Assembly (NCBI GenBank): GCA_002189035.1
Contig: CM007990.1
Location: 806,001-870,000 of the forward strand
DNA length: 64,000 nt
Direction of reading: 5' to 3'
Origin: Utricularia gibba
Lineage: Eukaryota > Plantae > Magnoliophyta
Shown here: one piece after another, positions 1-12,162 of the stretch
Numbering within the stretch: the stretch's first letter is position 1
How the letters are laid out: every line of letters starts with the position of its first letter
Program-made: the position numbers and the translations under genes
The notes under the pieces: model-generated
The model's input: the letters and a program-made list of their open reading frames with translations, nothing else
What the model was told of the DNA's origin: nothing
Database searches by the model: none

Positions 1-1017
1 ATTTCATACATAATTTTTTGTTTTAATATAAATAAAAAAATTAGTGATATATTTAATCCCTTATGTAATATATCATTACTTACAACACGTGTAATTAAAA
101 TAATTTAATTTATTTAATTCTTTTTAAGTGGGCATTTTCCCCTCAAAATATGAGTGAATAATCTTTTTATTAATTATATTTTATAAATTTATATTACCAA
201 TCAAACATATTTTATAATTTATTTAATACAATTAAAAATTATAATAATGTCAAATCACAAAAGAGGCAAAAATGTGAGGTGGGAGGAAGAGGAAATCAAG
301 AAAACGGGGGTGGCGGAGATTGAGGAGGGAGCAGCCGGCGCCCCTGCAAATCGGTGGTACAGATGATTTTCTTTTTTGCAGAAACGGCGAAAGAGGGCGC
401 CGGCTTCTACACATCAATCGTGGGTTCGGTGAGCCACCAAATCAAAACCCTATGTTGGTGTTCAGATCAAATTAAATGCGCCTTCGCCAACTCCGCCACT
501 TGTGTTCCTTCGTTGGGAGCAGCAGTAGCACCCAGTATCAGTTTTGCAGCGCAGGGCAGGCGCCGTTTCTCCTCTTTTCCCGAACCCTACTCCATCCCCT
601 TCCCCTTACACTTTCTTTAATACGCTTCGCACACATACCACTTCTATTTCTATATATATCTTCTCTCTGCTGTGTACCCATCTTTGTGCTTCTCAAGTTT
701 CGTCTTTTCCTCACACCTCTTTAGAGGGTTTCTGTTTTGCTATATGTACCCCCTTGGTGTATAGATTTTCTTCAGTTCCCCTCTCCTGGGAAGAAGCAGA
801 AGAACGAAAACATGGTGGGCATTTCTCTTCTCCTCTATGAATTTTGTCATTGTTTCTGATCCGTAGTCTTTCTGTGAATTGTGTTTTTTTTTTTTTTTGT
901 TGTTGCTGGTTTGGGGTTGTTTTTCTGTGATTTTGGCTTCTAGGGTTTGTTTTTCTTTTGAACTCTGCGTCTTTCGTATGAATTCGGTTTCTCTTGTTTT
1001 TGAATTCTGCGGTGTAG

Positions 1018-1965
1018 TTGGTTTCGTCGGAAGTTCTTCCTTCATGGCTGTCTGTGCTGTTGGCTGAGAAGTTCTTCAACGCCTGTATAATTCATGAAGA
1101 TTGTAAGAAGAATGAGAAGAACGTGTTTTGTTTGGACTGCTGCGAGGGTATTTGCCCTCACTGTCTACCGTCTCACACCTCTCATCGTCTTCTCCAGGTA
1201 ATCTCATCAATTCCCCTTCGTCGTCTTCTTCTTCTCTGTAAAACTTTTCTGATTCTGAGAAAACGTTGTGCCCAGATAAGACGATATGTGTACCACGACG
1301 TCATAAGGCTTCTCGATGCTAGCAAACTCATGGATTGCTCCCATGTTCAAGTAAGTTTTTACAGAAAAGTTTCTTGGGAGAATTTGAACGAACTTCGTTG
1401 TTTCTCTGTGAATTCAGATGTACACTACAAACAGTGCCAAAGTGGTGTTTCTCAATCAACGGCCGCAGGCACGGCCGCCGCGTGCCTCCGGTAGCCTCTG
1501 CGTCACCTGCGACAGAAACCTCCAGGAATCGTACCTCTTTTGCTCCCTTTTTTGTAAGGTGAATTTCGAAATCCCGAATCCATTTTTGCTCTCATAGTTC
1601 ATTCAAGTGATGAATCTCAACGGACTGAATCCCATGTTCAGATTCAGCACATTCTGCAGAGTGGAGGCAAGCTCTCCGACCATCTCCGAAATTGCGAATT
1701 CCTTGCTTTACCGGAGCCCGGGCTGGACGACGGACAATTGACGCCAGAGTCGGTCCTCGATCCCGACCCGGCGACCACAGAGTCGGGTTCCAGTAGCGAG
1801 TGCCATAATGTGAGCTGTACGGCGACGACAGAAGCGGTGGTCAGGAAAAAGAGAAGCAATCTTGTCTCCGTCTGCCGGAACCCGTTCCGCACAGTTTGCC
1901 GGCCCGCATCCCTCGCCGGCGAGTCTCGCCGCAAATCCACGCCACATCGCTCCCCCTTCCACTGA
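1018..1965 (+). CDS. PLATZ: PLATZ zinc-binding transcription factor. Exons ~1018-1197, 1276-1350, 1418-1558, 1642-1965; the true ATG probably lies in an unlocated upstream exon.
   Basis: Spliced translation gives C-x2-H...FCLDC...CPHC...H...RLLQIRRYVYHDV...YTTNSAKVVFLNQRP...CVTCDRNLQESYLFCSLFCK...RRKSTPHRSPFH*. All introns are GT-AG. Position 1018 is a TTG following an AG acceptor. Confidence 0.93.
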
Positions 1966-4900
1966 CCCGCTCTCCAAAGGCAAGTGAGTTGGAAGGGGGG
2001 GAGGCGGAGGGACACAATTGGCATTTAGGTAGGGAGGGCATTTCGGTCAATTCAAGTACGCCCAGTTTTTGCCTTTTTTCACCCTCCGCTGGCGCAGTTA
2101 GTTTTTGTTTTCTTACTTGTGTACCGTGATACGGACGGAAATGGCTAGTCTGATCTTTCTTCTTTGGGAGTGGTGACAGACGGTGGTCTAGTCTACGGCG
2201 GGCCGGATCTCTGGACCCGGCCGTATCCCCTCTGTGGCCCCCCACCTTCGCCGATGGACAGTGCGGGGCGGGAGCTTTTGTAATGGAAACTTGAAAAGCG
2301 TTTCCTTTTTTGTCTTGGTTGGGGAGTTAGTTTTGTCTGGTTGCGAACTCATGGTGTGTGTCTGTCTTTTGGTGTGCCGGTGGCTCTCATGGACCACTTG
2401 GTTTCTGTTTCGGGGTGCGATGCCCAGGAACCCAGAATTCCACTTGCTCCTTGACACCCGGACGTCATCCAAATCTTGTCCGAAGTTCAGATCCGATGTA
2501 AGAGTCTGCAGTTTGGCGTTTGGGAAGGTGGAGAGGTGAGAAACGGGGATCGGGACCAATCACGTAAGTTGGGTAGTTTTCTAAACACAGTAAAAGACGG
2601 TGGATATTTTTTAAATTAACTCCAATTTGGCGGCCACTGAGACCAGGCTGCGATCTGGGCCGCAGTTAATTAATGCAGAGGTCAAGCAGTCGAGGTTAGA
2701 ACAGGTAATGCAGAGTTTGAAACGTTGAAACAGAATCTATCTTCTTCTTCTTCTTCTGCTTTTTCTTCTCTGCCAACTCCGATGAGTTCAGAGAGGAGGT
2801 GAGACAGTCGTCGGTGGTTGGGGAGGCTATGGTTCCATTCAAATTGTCTCATAAAAAAAAAGAAATTCTACTGATAAAAAAGGTATAAATATGACGTAAT
2901 AATATGAAACTACTATGTAACATATATTTTCTGGAAAATGGAATTTTGATCGAGAGTTACCTTACTTACCATCCCTAACCCAAGTTTGACGCCCATTAAG
3001 TAAAAGCCCAATTCGGCCCATTTAGCTCCCAGAGAAGCCCGTTTTCGATAGTGCAGCACAACAAAAAAACAAAACACAACAAGGGCTTTGCTGGACTTGA
3101 AATAACGGTTTTAATCAGCTCAAAATCATGGAACATAAATAGAGTTATTAGAATAAAAAATTGATCTAAATTAAATAAAAATGTATAAATTTATAAATTT
3201 ATAAATTATTAATAATTAATTAAATCTATTTTTTATTAATATGATTCACATTTATTACATATTTAAAATTCACTTATATTTTGACCAAAAACTCTTCATG
3301 CTCTAAGCATTTCCAACCGAAATAGCAAGAAGCATGTAGCAGCGTATGAGAAGCATTCTCCACGAAATGGGACTTGGGAACCTTAGAAGGGTTACTTAAC
3401 TGCGCCAAACGGAAGAAAAAACCAGGGGTAGGTTGATTTCCGACCGTGTCTCCGGTGACCCTTCGAGGAATCAGGAGGGCGTGGTCGGTAGCCTGGTCAC
3501 TGAAGCTCCCCCCGGTGCAATAATGCTGCGAGCGTGAATTAACTTCTGCAAGTAGAGCACCAGATTCTAAAACTTACCTCAGGAATAAGTTCCTCGCCCC
3601 CAATTACTCACTCTCCACGGTACACTCTATTCCCTGAATTATCCATCCATCTATCTTATACCAGCAGTCACTCACTGGTGTAAATAAAACTACACAAGTA
3701 ACCCAGATTCTATGTCACCAGGATTTAATTCTTGGCGAGCATTCTGATGCGGGTCATCTCAGTTCCCATCAGGAACCATTCTCGTTCCACCGTGAAACGC
3801 CCCGTTCCATCGGTTTCCTGTAAAACCGCTTGCTTTCACTGTAGATGACGACGGTTCCATGGCTTCAGAGTTGTAACTGAAATCGTAAGGTTTTGGTTCA
3901 GTTCGAGGTATTTAAAGTTGGGAAACAGCGTTTCCGATTCATACTAAACCCATGGTTTAAAACCTATGAACATTGTTAACATTTGTTATTAAAACTTGAA
4001 AAAATATTAAAAATAACGATGTGTTTCCTACGCACCAGATTTATATAAACATGCGAAAAGCATTCTTTATTTGCATGACCTCTAGATACTTTAAACAATT
4101 GTTATGAGAACTTAAAAAAATCATGTAAAAAATAAAGTATCTAGTAAGTATCCACATGAATTGTTATAGATGTTTGAAAATTAATATATAAAAAAATCAT
4201 TCGATTCCAATTTTGATTATGTTCATCGTTTGTTCTTTTTTAAATCGAATTGAAATCATAAGTGAAGTAAATAGTAAACTATGATTTATAAATCGACGGT
4301 TTGAAAAAAATCTTTCGATTGAAACCGATCCGTTTGGAGGATAGCTTAAAAAAGTACTCATCTTCACTTTATATCTTACATACTAAACACAAAACTACAC
4401 ATACAATGTATAATTTTTTCACACACTCATTTGACAGCAGTTATTTTAAAAAATCACACTCCCTTTGGAAGGCATAAACATAGGAACCCTACTTTAACCG
4501 TGGGATTGGGATAGAGGCAAGTAATTAAAGAGACAAGTGATTATTGGTAATGAACTACTCCCACCAAATGCAATAATAATTCTTAGTTATTGATCTCCCT
4601 ATGTCCCTCCCCCCCATGCTCCAAACTTTTGTCCCTGCTTTCAAAACAGATTAATTGAGAATTTGGCAATAATAGTTTCCAATATTTGAAAAAATTGTAA
4701 CAATGATCCCTCAATTGTAATGTTATTTCTAATGTCTTAAAATATTGATAAAATTGATTCAAAATAATTGAAAGATTAGTCCATTACTAATCGTATCTAG
4801 TTTTTGAATAATTGAATACTAATAAAATGATATCGCTTAAAATATATAATATAGGAGATTAATTATACCAAATGCGGTAAAATTTGGAGATTATTAATGT

Positions 4901-6450
4901 ATACATGAAAATTTGATGATTTATTTTGTGAATAAGGATCAATTGAGTAATTTATAGTAAAAAGTAGAGATTGATGTATTAAAATATTGAAAATTGAGGT
5001 TTTTTGATGGAATTTTCTCATTTTTTATTATAATTTACCAAATTAGAAACTGATTGAACTCATTTTCAATTAGTACTCCAATTTAATAAAATCAAACCCT
5101 GTTAATGATATTTATTTTTGAAAAAGGGTGAAATTGTATTTACCCTTTTTATTATTTCAATAAAAATTGTGTGATTTTTAAAAGTACCCATTCACTATTT
5201 CTGTAAAAAAATTAATATTTAAGATAATGATTTTCTCACATTATAAATATCATAATGCTTCCAATTTTATTCAACAAAATTCACCTACTTTTTTGAATTG
5301 CCTGCGTGCACCATAAAGTGGCGCAGTGAATAATGAAAATGTACAGTGGGGCGAACTCTCTCGATCTGGGCCGTCCGTTGGGAGGGATTCATCCACAGCC
5401 GTCGGATGCTGTTTCCCCGCAGGTACAAAATATTTCGTCCCTCGTCCGGTCAGGATCAGTTTCGAAAGCGAGGCTGACGCCATGAATGTACAAAAGTACC
5501 CCTGAGATCGATACACGGTGAGGCGTGGGTGCCAGGGGTACTTTCGGGGTTTCGTCTTGTCTGTCCCCCGCAGGAGCCCTGCAACCGCCGGTCCCGGTGG
5601 AAAACAGCCGCCTTAGTCTCACCACCCAATCCCGCGCGTGTGCCCCACTGCCTACCCTGTGAAATTATCACGTCACCACGAATAATATATTGTACATTTC
5701 ATATTTAAAAGAAACACACAAATATATTCAAAATATATAGTTATTTTTTTGTACACGAAACCCATTTGTATTTTTAATTTTTTATAATAATTGGAATGAA
5801 TAGTAAATTTTGTACTAGATATTTTTGATTCATTTAATACATTTCTTGAAATAAAGAATGAAAAAAATATTAAATAAGGTATGGGTGAAAATTGCATGAA
5901 AACGGAATTAACGACCAGGGAGTGGGACACGCGCGGGGGGTGGGCGTGGGCGGGAGGTTTTATGAAGAGACGAGAAGCCCTAGCAATAGAGATAAAAAGG
6001 AGGAAAACAGTAGACTGGGGGAGCGAGAAATAGAGATAGAGAGAGAATGGTAAGGAAGGAAGCGGGGGTCGGGGTCGGAGAATGGAGACATATAGAGGAC
6101 GGCCGGTGCACTTTTCTACGCCTTTTCTGAAGGCAGCGCAGCCCGGCACGCGTCCACGGCAGCAAATTTGAACCCATTTGCTTCTTCGTAGCTAAAAATT
6201 GAAACCAATGCTCCAAATCTGCCTTTCCATAAACCCCTCTTGTCGTCTAAAAGCAGCAGCAGCAGAAACGATGAACTCCGGCCGCCCAAGTTTTCATTTT
6301 TTTCCCGTAGGCATGAGTGTCTTCTGCTGCTACCCTTGACTTGAGAGTTGATCTTCTTCACTGCGTCGTCGTTTTGCAGGGCGGCTGGGGGATTTCGTGG
6401 CTTCCGTTTTGTTTTTGCTGTGTGTGGGTATTTGGGGATTTTGTTTTTAG

Positions 6451-8811
6451 ATGAAGGGGATGCCCCTGGCCTTTGATTTTGAGGGGAAGGGGGTGTTAGA
6501 CTTGGAGCTTATTGTAAAAAATCAAGGATTTTTCTCTAGTGGTTGTGCTGATTTCTACCAGGGGAGCTGCTTCTTCAACAACTGTTTTGTTGAGCCTACT
6601 TCTGTCCTGGATTCTGTTACAACTCCCAGTCAACTCACATCTTCCTCGACACTGTCTTCATCTCTCGGCGGCGGCGGCGGCGGCGGTGGGGGAGGAGCTG
6701 CTTTTACTGACTCTGCGGCTCTGGCTTTGGCTTCCGACGCGAACCCATCTAGTAAATGGCAGCAGCAAGATTCAACCACTGCCACGAGCACCAATGCTGG
6801 AGGGTCTGAGCCGGGGCTCCTCCCGATTCCGACGTCTCTTGAGATAGGAGGGGCCGTAGGCGGAAGCAGAGAACACCCGCAGAGATTTGAAATGGATGAC
6901 TGGAATTCCGTGCTGTCGGAGTCCGCCGCTGTTTCCCCCAGCCAAGAGCAGGCTATTCTCCGATGGTTTATGGGTGATGTGGAAGACACCGGTTTAGGTA
7001 ACCTGAACAAAGTTTTTCAAACGGGTGACGGCGGTGGTGGTGCAAGTGTAATGCCGTCGGCGGAGTACGGTTTTAGCGGTGGCTATGGGTCTGTGGATCA
7101 GGGCTTTTCTGGAAACCATCTGGGTGGTGGTCTCGTGCCCGCTCTTCCTGTCTTTTCCAGCAACGATAACAGATTCAGTACTTCGAAGCTTGGAATTTTA
7201 CCCAGTTCCGCGCCGTCAAGTCTGAAGCTTTCTTCGAATTCCCACGGCCTTGTTCACCCTTCTCCGGTTTTTAGCAGTTCAGGTTCCATAGCTTTCCAAA
7301 ATCAAACCCCATTTGATTCTCCTGCTGAAACGAAGCCGCAGACTTTGAATTCTGGTCTGCAGATGAACCAGAACTATCAAAATACTTCCTTTGTCCCTCT
7401 TTCATACACACAGCTGCAAGAGCAGGGTAGTGTTTATCTCCCCCCTCAGGCCAAAAAGCGAAACTTCCTTGGAATGGATGAGGATGGCATTCGCCCTGCC
7501 GGCGAGATCTCAAAAGGGCCATTCATTGACACTGGGCAGCAGGAGCATTTAATGGGAAGGTTCCTCCCGTTTAGTCTCCAGCAGCAGGTTCCTCATCCGC
7601 TTCAATGGCCTCCGCATCATCTGCCCCAGAGGCCAATCACAGAAGAAGAGAAGCCAAAGTTTGTTGCTGGGAAAGATTTAGAGAACTGTCATCAGCAACA
7701 GCAGCAGGCTACAGCCGATCAGCTGTACAAGGCGGCGGAGCTACTCCAGACAGGGAATCTAGTACTCGCGCACGGGATATTGGCGCGGCTCAATCACCAG
7801 CTTTCACCAATCGGCAAGCCTTTTCATCGGGCTGCTTTCTATTGCAAGGAGGCGTTACAGTTGCTCCTCCATTGCTCCAGCAACAACCTGAGTCTTCCCT
7901 ATTCGACTCCTCGGTCACCTCTTAACCTGGTTTCGAAGATTGGGGCTTACAGATCCTTCTCAGAGATTTCCCCACTCGTACAGTTTGCCAACCTCACTTC
8001 CAATCAAGCTATAATTGAAGCATCCCAGGGATCTGAGAGAGTTCATATAATTGATTTCGATATTGGGTACGGTGGACAATGGGCTTCTCTGCTGCAAGAA
8101 TTCTCCACACAGAGTGGATGTGCTCCTTCTGTGATGATCACTGCCCTGGTATCTCCCATGACTCATGATCAGGTGGAGCTCAGTCTGACTCGAGAAAACC
8201 TGATTCAGTTTGCAAGGGAGATCAATATTTCATTCAAGTTCCAGGTTGTGAGTATTGATTCACTGAGTTCTGCATCTTGGTTGAGACCTGCACACTCAGC
8301 AGACAATGAAGCAATTGCGGTGAATCTTCCTGCTTCATGCCTTGCAACTTACCAGTTCTCACTGCCCTCTGTCCTTAGGTTCGTGAAGCAGCTGTCGCCA
8401 CGAATCGTGGTCGCCGTCGACTGGGGGTGTGACCGGACTGATCTTCCCTTTCCCAACACCGTAATTCATGCCCTTCAATCATACTCCAGCCTAATGGAGT
8501 CCCTTGATGCTGCAGCTAATGCCCCTCTGGATGCTATTCAAAAGATAGAGAGGTTCTTGCTCCAGCCCGGGATCGAAAAACTGATCCTGGGCCGTTTTTG
8601 TTCTCCAGAGAAGATGCAGCACTGGAGGTCTATGCTGTTGTCAGTTGGATTCTCCCCTGTAAGCTTCAGCAACTTCACGGATGCACAGGCAGAATGCATC
8701 ATCAAAAGGACCCCCGTTGCAGGATTTCAAGTGGAGAAGAGGCAGTCTTCGCTTGTTCTTTGCTGGCAAAGGAAGGAGCTGATTTCAACTTCAGCCTGGA
8801 GACCCCATTAG
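6451..8811 (+). CDS. HAM: GRAS transcription regulator, HAM/LOM (SCL6/22/27) subfamily, 786 aa, intronless
   Basis: Contains GRAS motifs (HIIDFDIGYGGQWASL, PFYRE-like region, terminal SAW), the HAM-type N-terminus MKGMPLAFDFEGKG and an internal miR171 site. Confidence 0.96.
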   Translation: MKGMPLAFDFEGKGVLDLELIVKNQGFFSSGCADFYQGSCFFNNCFVEPTSVLDSVTTPSQLTSSSTLSSSLGGGGGGGGGGAAFTDSAALALASDANPSSKWQQQDSTTATSTNAGGSEPGLLPIPTSLEIGGAVGGSREHPQRFEMDDWNSVLSESAAVSPSQEQAILRWFMGDVEDTGLGNLNKVFQTGDGGGGASVMPSAEYGFSGGYGSVDQGFSGNHLGGGLVPALPVFSSNDNRFSTSKLGILPSSAPSSLKLSSNSHGLVHPSPVFSSSGSIAFQNQTPFDSPAETKPQTLNSGLQMNQNYQNTSFVPLSYTQLQEQGSVYLPPQAKKRNFLGMDEDGIRPAGEISKGPFIDTGQQEHLMGRFLPFSLQQQVPHPLQWPPHHLPQRPITEEEKPKFVAGKDLENCHQQQQQATADQLYKAAELLQTGNLVLAHGILARLNHQLSPIGKPFHRAAFYCKEALQLLLHCSSNNLSLPYSTPRSPLNLVSKIGAYRSFSEISPLVQFANLTSNQAIIEASQGSERVHIIDFDIGYGGQWASLLQEFSTQSGCAPSVMITALVSPMTHDQVELSLTRENLIQFAREINISFKFQVVSIDSLSSASWLRPAHSADNEAIAVNLPASCLATYQFSLPSVLRFVKQLSPRIVVAVDWGCDRTDLPFPNTVIHALQSYSSLMESLDAAANAPLDAIQKIERFLLQPGIEKLILGRFCSPEKMQHWRSMLLSVGFSPVSFSNFTDAQAECIIKRTPVAGFQVEKRQSSLVLCWQRKELISTSAWRPH
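7776..7796 (+). promoter_or_regulatory. miR171 target site in the HAM mRNA
   Basis: GATATTGGCGCGGCTCAATCA is the canonical miR171-complementary site, encoding GILARLN. Confidence 0.95.
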
Positions 8812-9130
8812 ACATTCATCATCACTCATAGCACCCTCTGGTGCGTCATCTCCAACTCACTCTCCCAGTTAATCAATCGCCTGGACTCAATCGTATCTGT
8901 TCCTTCATATGACTATTAATTTTGCCAAGTGCCGCTGCAGCCTATCTTGATGTTTTTCAATTCTTCTGCAAGTCGTGTTGGTTAAAAACAAAAACAAAAA
9001 TGGTACTTTTGCTGCAGCAGCTGCTGTTGGCCTCCTAACTGTGATACAACGAACATTGAAGGGCTTAGGAATTCTAATCCTGCTTCCTTTTATTTACATT
9101 CCGCTTAAATCTGCATATGCAAAATTACCA

Positions 9131-9487
9131 TCAGAACTCAGGAGACAAGCAGCTGATGAAATAAACAGGCAAATGCATTAATATAAACGAAGCAGCAATG
9201 GAAATGTATAAATATAGCCACAAAATAAGTAATGTGCTTGGAGCAACTACGAACGTCAAGGCATGCTGCTCAAGGTCCCAGAAATACTCTCTACCACAAA
9301 ACGGATGGGTAAAGAGTTCATCACATCTGTTAACCAAATTGTCTAAATTCCTGTCCGTGCATTTGGTTGGCCCCAAGAGTATGCCTATCAAACCGGCCAC
9401 AACAAGGGAGATGAATGGATACCGTTGCTTCTCTGAGCTTGGCGCCTCAGCATCTCCACAGTGCACATACAAGAGAACAAAGCCCAA
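9131..9487 (-). other. Open frame resembling a small two-TM protein of unknown family; start codon unresolved
   Basis: 118 open codons with two hydrophobic segments flanking a C-x10-C-x8-C loop. There is no ATG in frame. Donor-like GTAAG sites lie upstream on the minus strand (~9660, ~9987). Confidence 0.3.
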
Positions 9488-10189
9488 TCACTGAAATATG
9501 CTAGATGGTGTGTTGTTGAATGAAAGGAGAATTGAAGTTCAAAGTGTTGCTGATTAAACAAACAGCCTCGAAACATGTTTTAGCCATACATACACAAACT
9601 AAGGATATTGATAGGAAAGTCATAACTAGAAGCTGTAGATATGATCGGATGATGCTTACCACTTCTCGCTCAAGCTTTTGATTTAGCTGGACGGCAGACC
9701 TCTTCTCTTCTGTTTAGCTTGGAAACTAAGGTCATATGTAAAAGAAACTCCAGCATTCACCAGAGCAAGTTATGAAATAATGCTTTCCACTACATAATCT
9801 ATTTCATCCGATTACCCATTTTTCGAACCAAGTTACGATGCCCGTCCACATCAGCAGCACAGAACACGTCAAGAAAGAGATGCAAGTCTTCTAATTCTAC
9901 CATCTTGATTGAAATTCACTAGAGAATATCTAACAACACTATATTCACAAGAGAATATCATTGAAGCTGCTGTCGCTGCCACTTACCGGCTACCAACAGA
10001 GATCGAGCAGCTAGCTTCCCCAGCAATCCCCTCACCATGTCTGAGTTATTTCTTCGCGATCCTACTGCGCAAGATTAGACTGTACGAATACGGTAAATTG
10101 AACCATCATCCACCGTAAATCTCACACAGAAAACAAATCGACGACCTAGAGCCGCCGGAGGAAGAAAATCACCTTCGGACTGAACTGAT

Positions 10190-11393
10190 TGTAACGACCC
10201 GCGACCTGCACCCTAGGCCATTATTGACACCTAACACTCAGTATTGGTGTCCCAATCATTATGGGGTGGGTTAGGAACGTGGTCGAGGGTGCATTCCTCC
10301 CTTGCCACACCGCCATTCTTGGCACCTAGCGATCCCCGGCAGCATCCCTAGCCGGATCCTTTCGCCAAGACTCACCAAACAGCACAAGGAGCGAAGTAGA
10401 TATTTTATTAAGTCAAGACAATTCAAGGTTCCACACCAGGCGGCAAGCCTAGGCGCACGTCGCCACAACACAAAGGAAGAACGAACACAACCAGCAAGGA
10501 AATAGAGCTAAGTCACGAAGATAGAAGTAAGACAGCAAGTCTCGCCACACAGCCATCCACCACACATCCCAGTGATCACGCCTCACTCAACATCCACCTC
10601 CCCTGCACCCGCCTCGCCATCAGCCACGCCACCTACACAGGAAAGAGTAAGGGAAGTCAGTCCTATGCCACACGGCTCCTTCCCTAAGCCTAAACTACAC
10701 ATATTCACGAAGTTTCCCATCCGCACGATTCATCACTGCTGTTCGCACACGCTGCCCCCGCGAGGCATCTCCGTAACTTCTCGTATCGGCTCGCAGCCCA
10801 TCCTAGGCACCTCCGATGTTCTCATAATCAATCCGAACACCTTTCCACACAGAATCCTACATGTTTGGCACCTCTCCCACTGAGCACCAGTGCTCAGTGT
10901 TACAGCCATGACCGTAGTTCGATGGCCCCGCTTATTGCTTGCATGGCCTCACGACCCGCGTCTTCGCCGCGTTGCCATTGGGGGTGCACTCCCCAATCCC
11001 GCCGTAGCTCACAACCCCTCGATCACACAGCGAGGTGCCTCGATCACACAGCGAGGACTTTTAAGAACAAGACCATATCTCCACACACAAAGTTAGCTTC
11101 CACCAATCTGTCCCGCAGCGCAATTCAACCATAAAGCCCTTACCTTTGTGCGTTTTTCGTCTTCCTCTTGGAGTGGCTGCCGTCCCTCTCAGCTGGTGTC
11201 CCTTCCAAGGGCTCTAGCCCTTCTACTTATACCCGTAATTCGTCCTATCGGGTCCATCCTAAGCCCGTCGGGTCTACCCGGAAGACACGCAAGTCTAAGG
11301 GTTGTTCACAGGTACCCTCCCTTTTTAAGGTCAACCCCTTACCATGACCGCATCTTTGTCTCTTTTCTGAGGATTTGGGTCGGGGGTGTTACA
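10190..11393. mobile_element. Probable solo LTR of Ty3/Gypsy type, ~1.2 kb
   Basis: Termini TGTAACGACCC...GGGGTGTTACA form a TG..CA inverted pair around a GC-richer block with an internal 21-bp tandem duplication (~11027-11058). No PBS or internal ORF is present, and the flanks (CTGAT/GGTGC) are not a perfect TSD. Confidence 0.7.
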
Positions 11394-12162
11394 GGTGCAC
11401 CCTAAAACGAACGCCGCTGGGGTACCCTTCCCCTACATGACCTCCGGAGTTCGTTTTACTGTTATTTAAAAATTATTCCAAATAAGTCTAATGACGTGGT
11501 TATTCAATATGTCTATTACATACTCGGTAACATTATATTTTAACGCAACCACAACACTCAGCAAAGATACAAATACCTTCTTGGTTTTTTTTTTTTTTTT
11601 TTGAGTAAGTTTGACACCAGCATTCTAACTTACAACAAGAATAAAGATTTTAATTCATAAGTTTCAAAATTATGTTATATATCTTCTAATTTCCTTTTTT
11701 TTTTACAAATAGTTTGTTTTTTAATTTATTCAATTACATATTTAATTTCTCATGTTATAAAAAATAATTGATTTTGATTCTAACGTCGTTATAAAAAATC
11801 ATTATATAAAACATGATATAATTATTGTCAATTTAAATTATATGAGATATAAATATGATATAACTATCATCACTTCTAATCATACCAGATACAAATACGA
11901 TATGACCATCATCATTTTACCGAACTTGGGACATGAATGCAAAAAGATCAAATATTAAATTTTATTGAGTTTAAATAAGAGACAATATATGATATCGTAA
12001 ATTGATTCACTTTTTAAAAATTTTGAAAATTGTTTAGATTTTCGTTGTAGGGTTTTGAAAACTTTATGTGTATGTTTTATAATTTTGAAAATTAAGGATT
12101 ATAATATTTATAGTTTTATCTTTTTTAATTATAAAAATATTATTCATAAAGGGCAGCTCCAG

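Noticed and set aside
3300-3900. Minus-strand gene remnant with splice-like signals
   Set aside because: Only a 33-aa ATG ORF and an implausible 32-nt intron; no recognisable family.
10190-11393. Full-length LTR retrotransposon
   Set aside because: No second LTR, no PBS/PPT and no gag-pol frame; at most a solo LTR.
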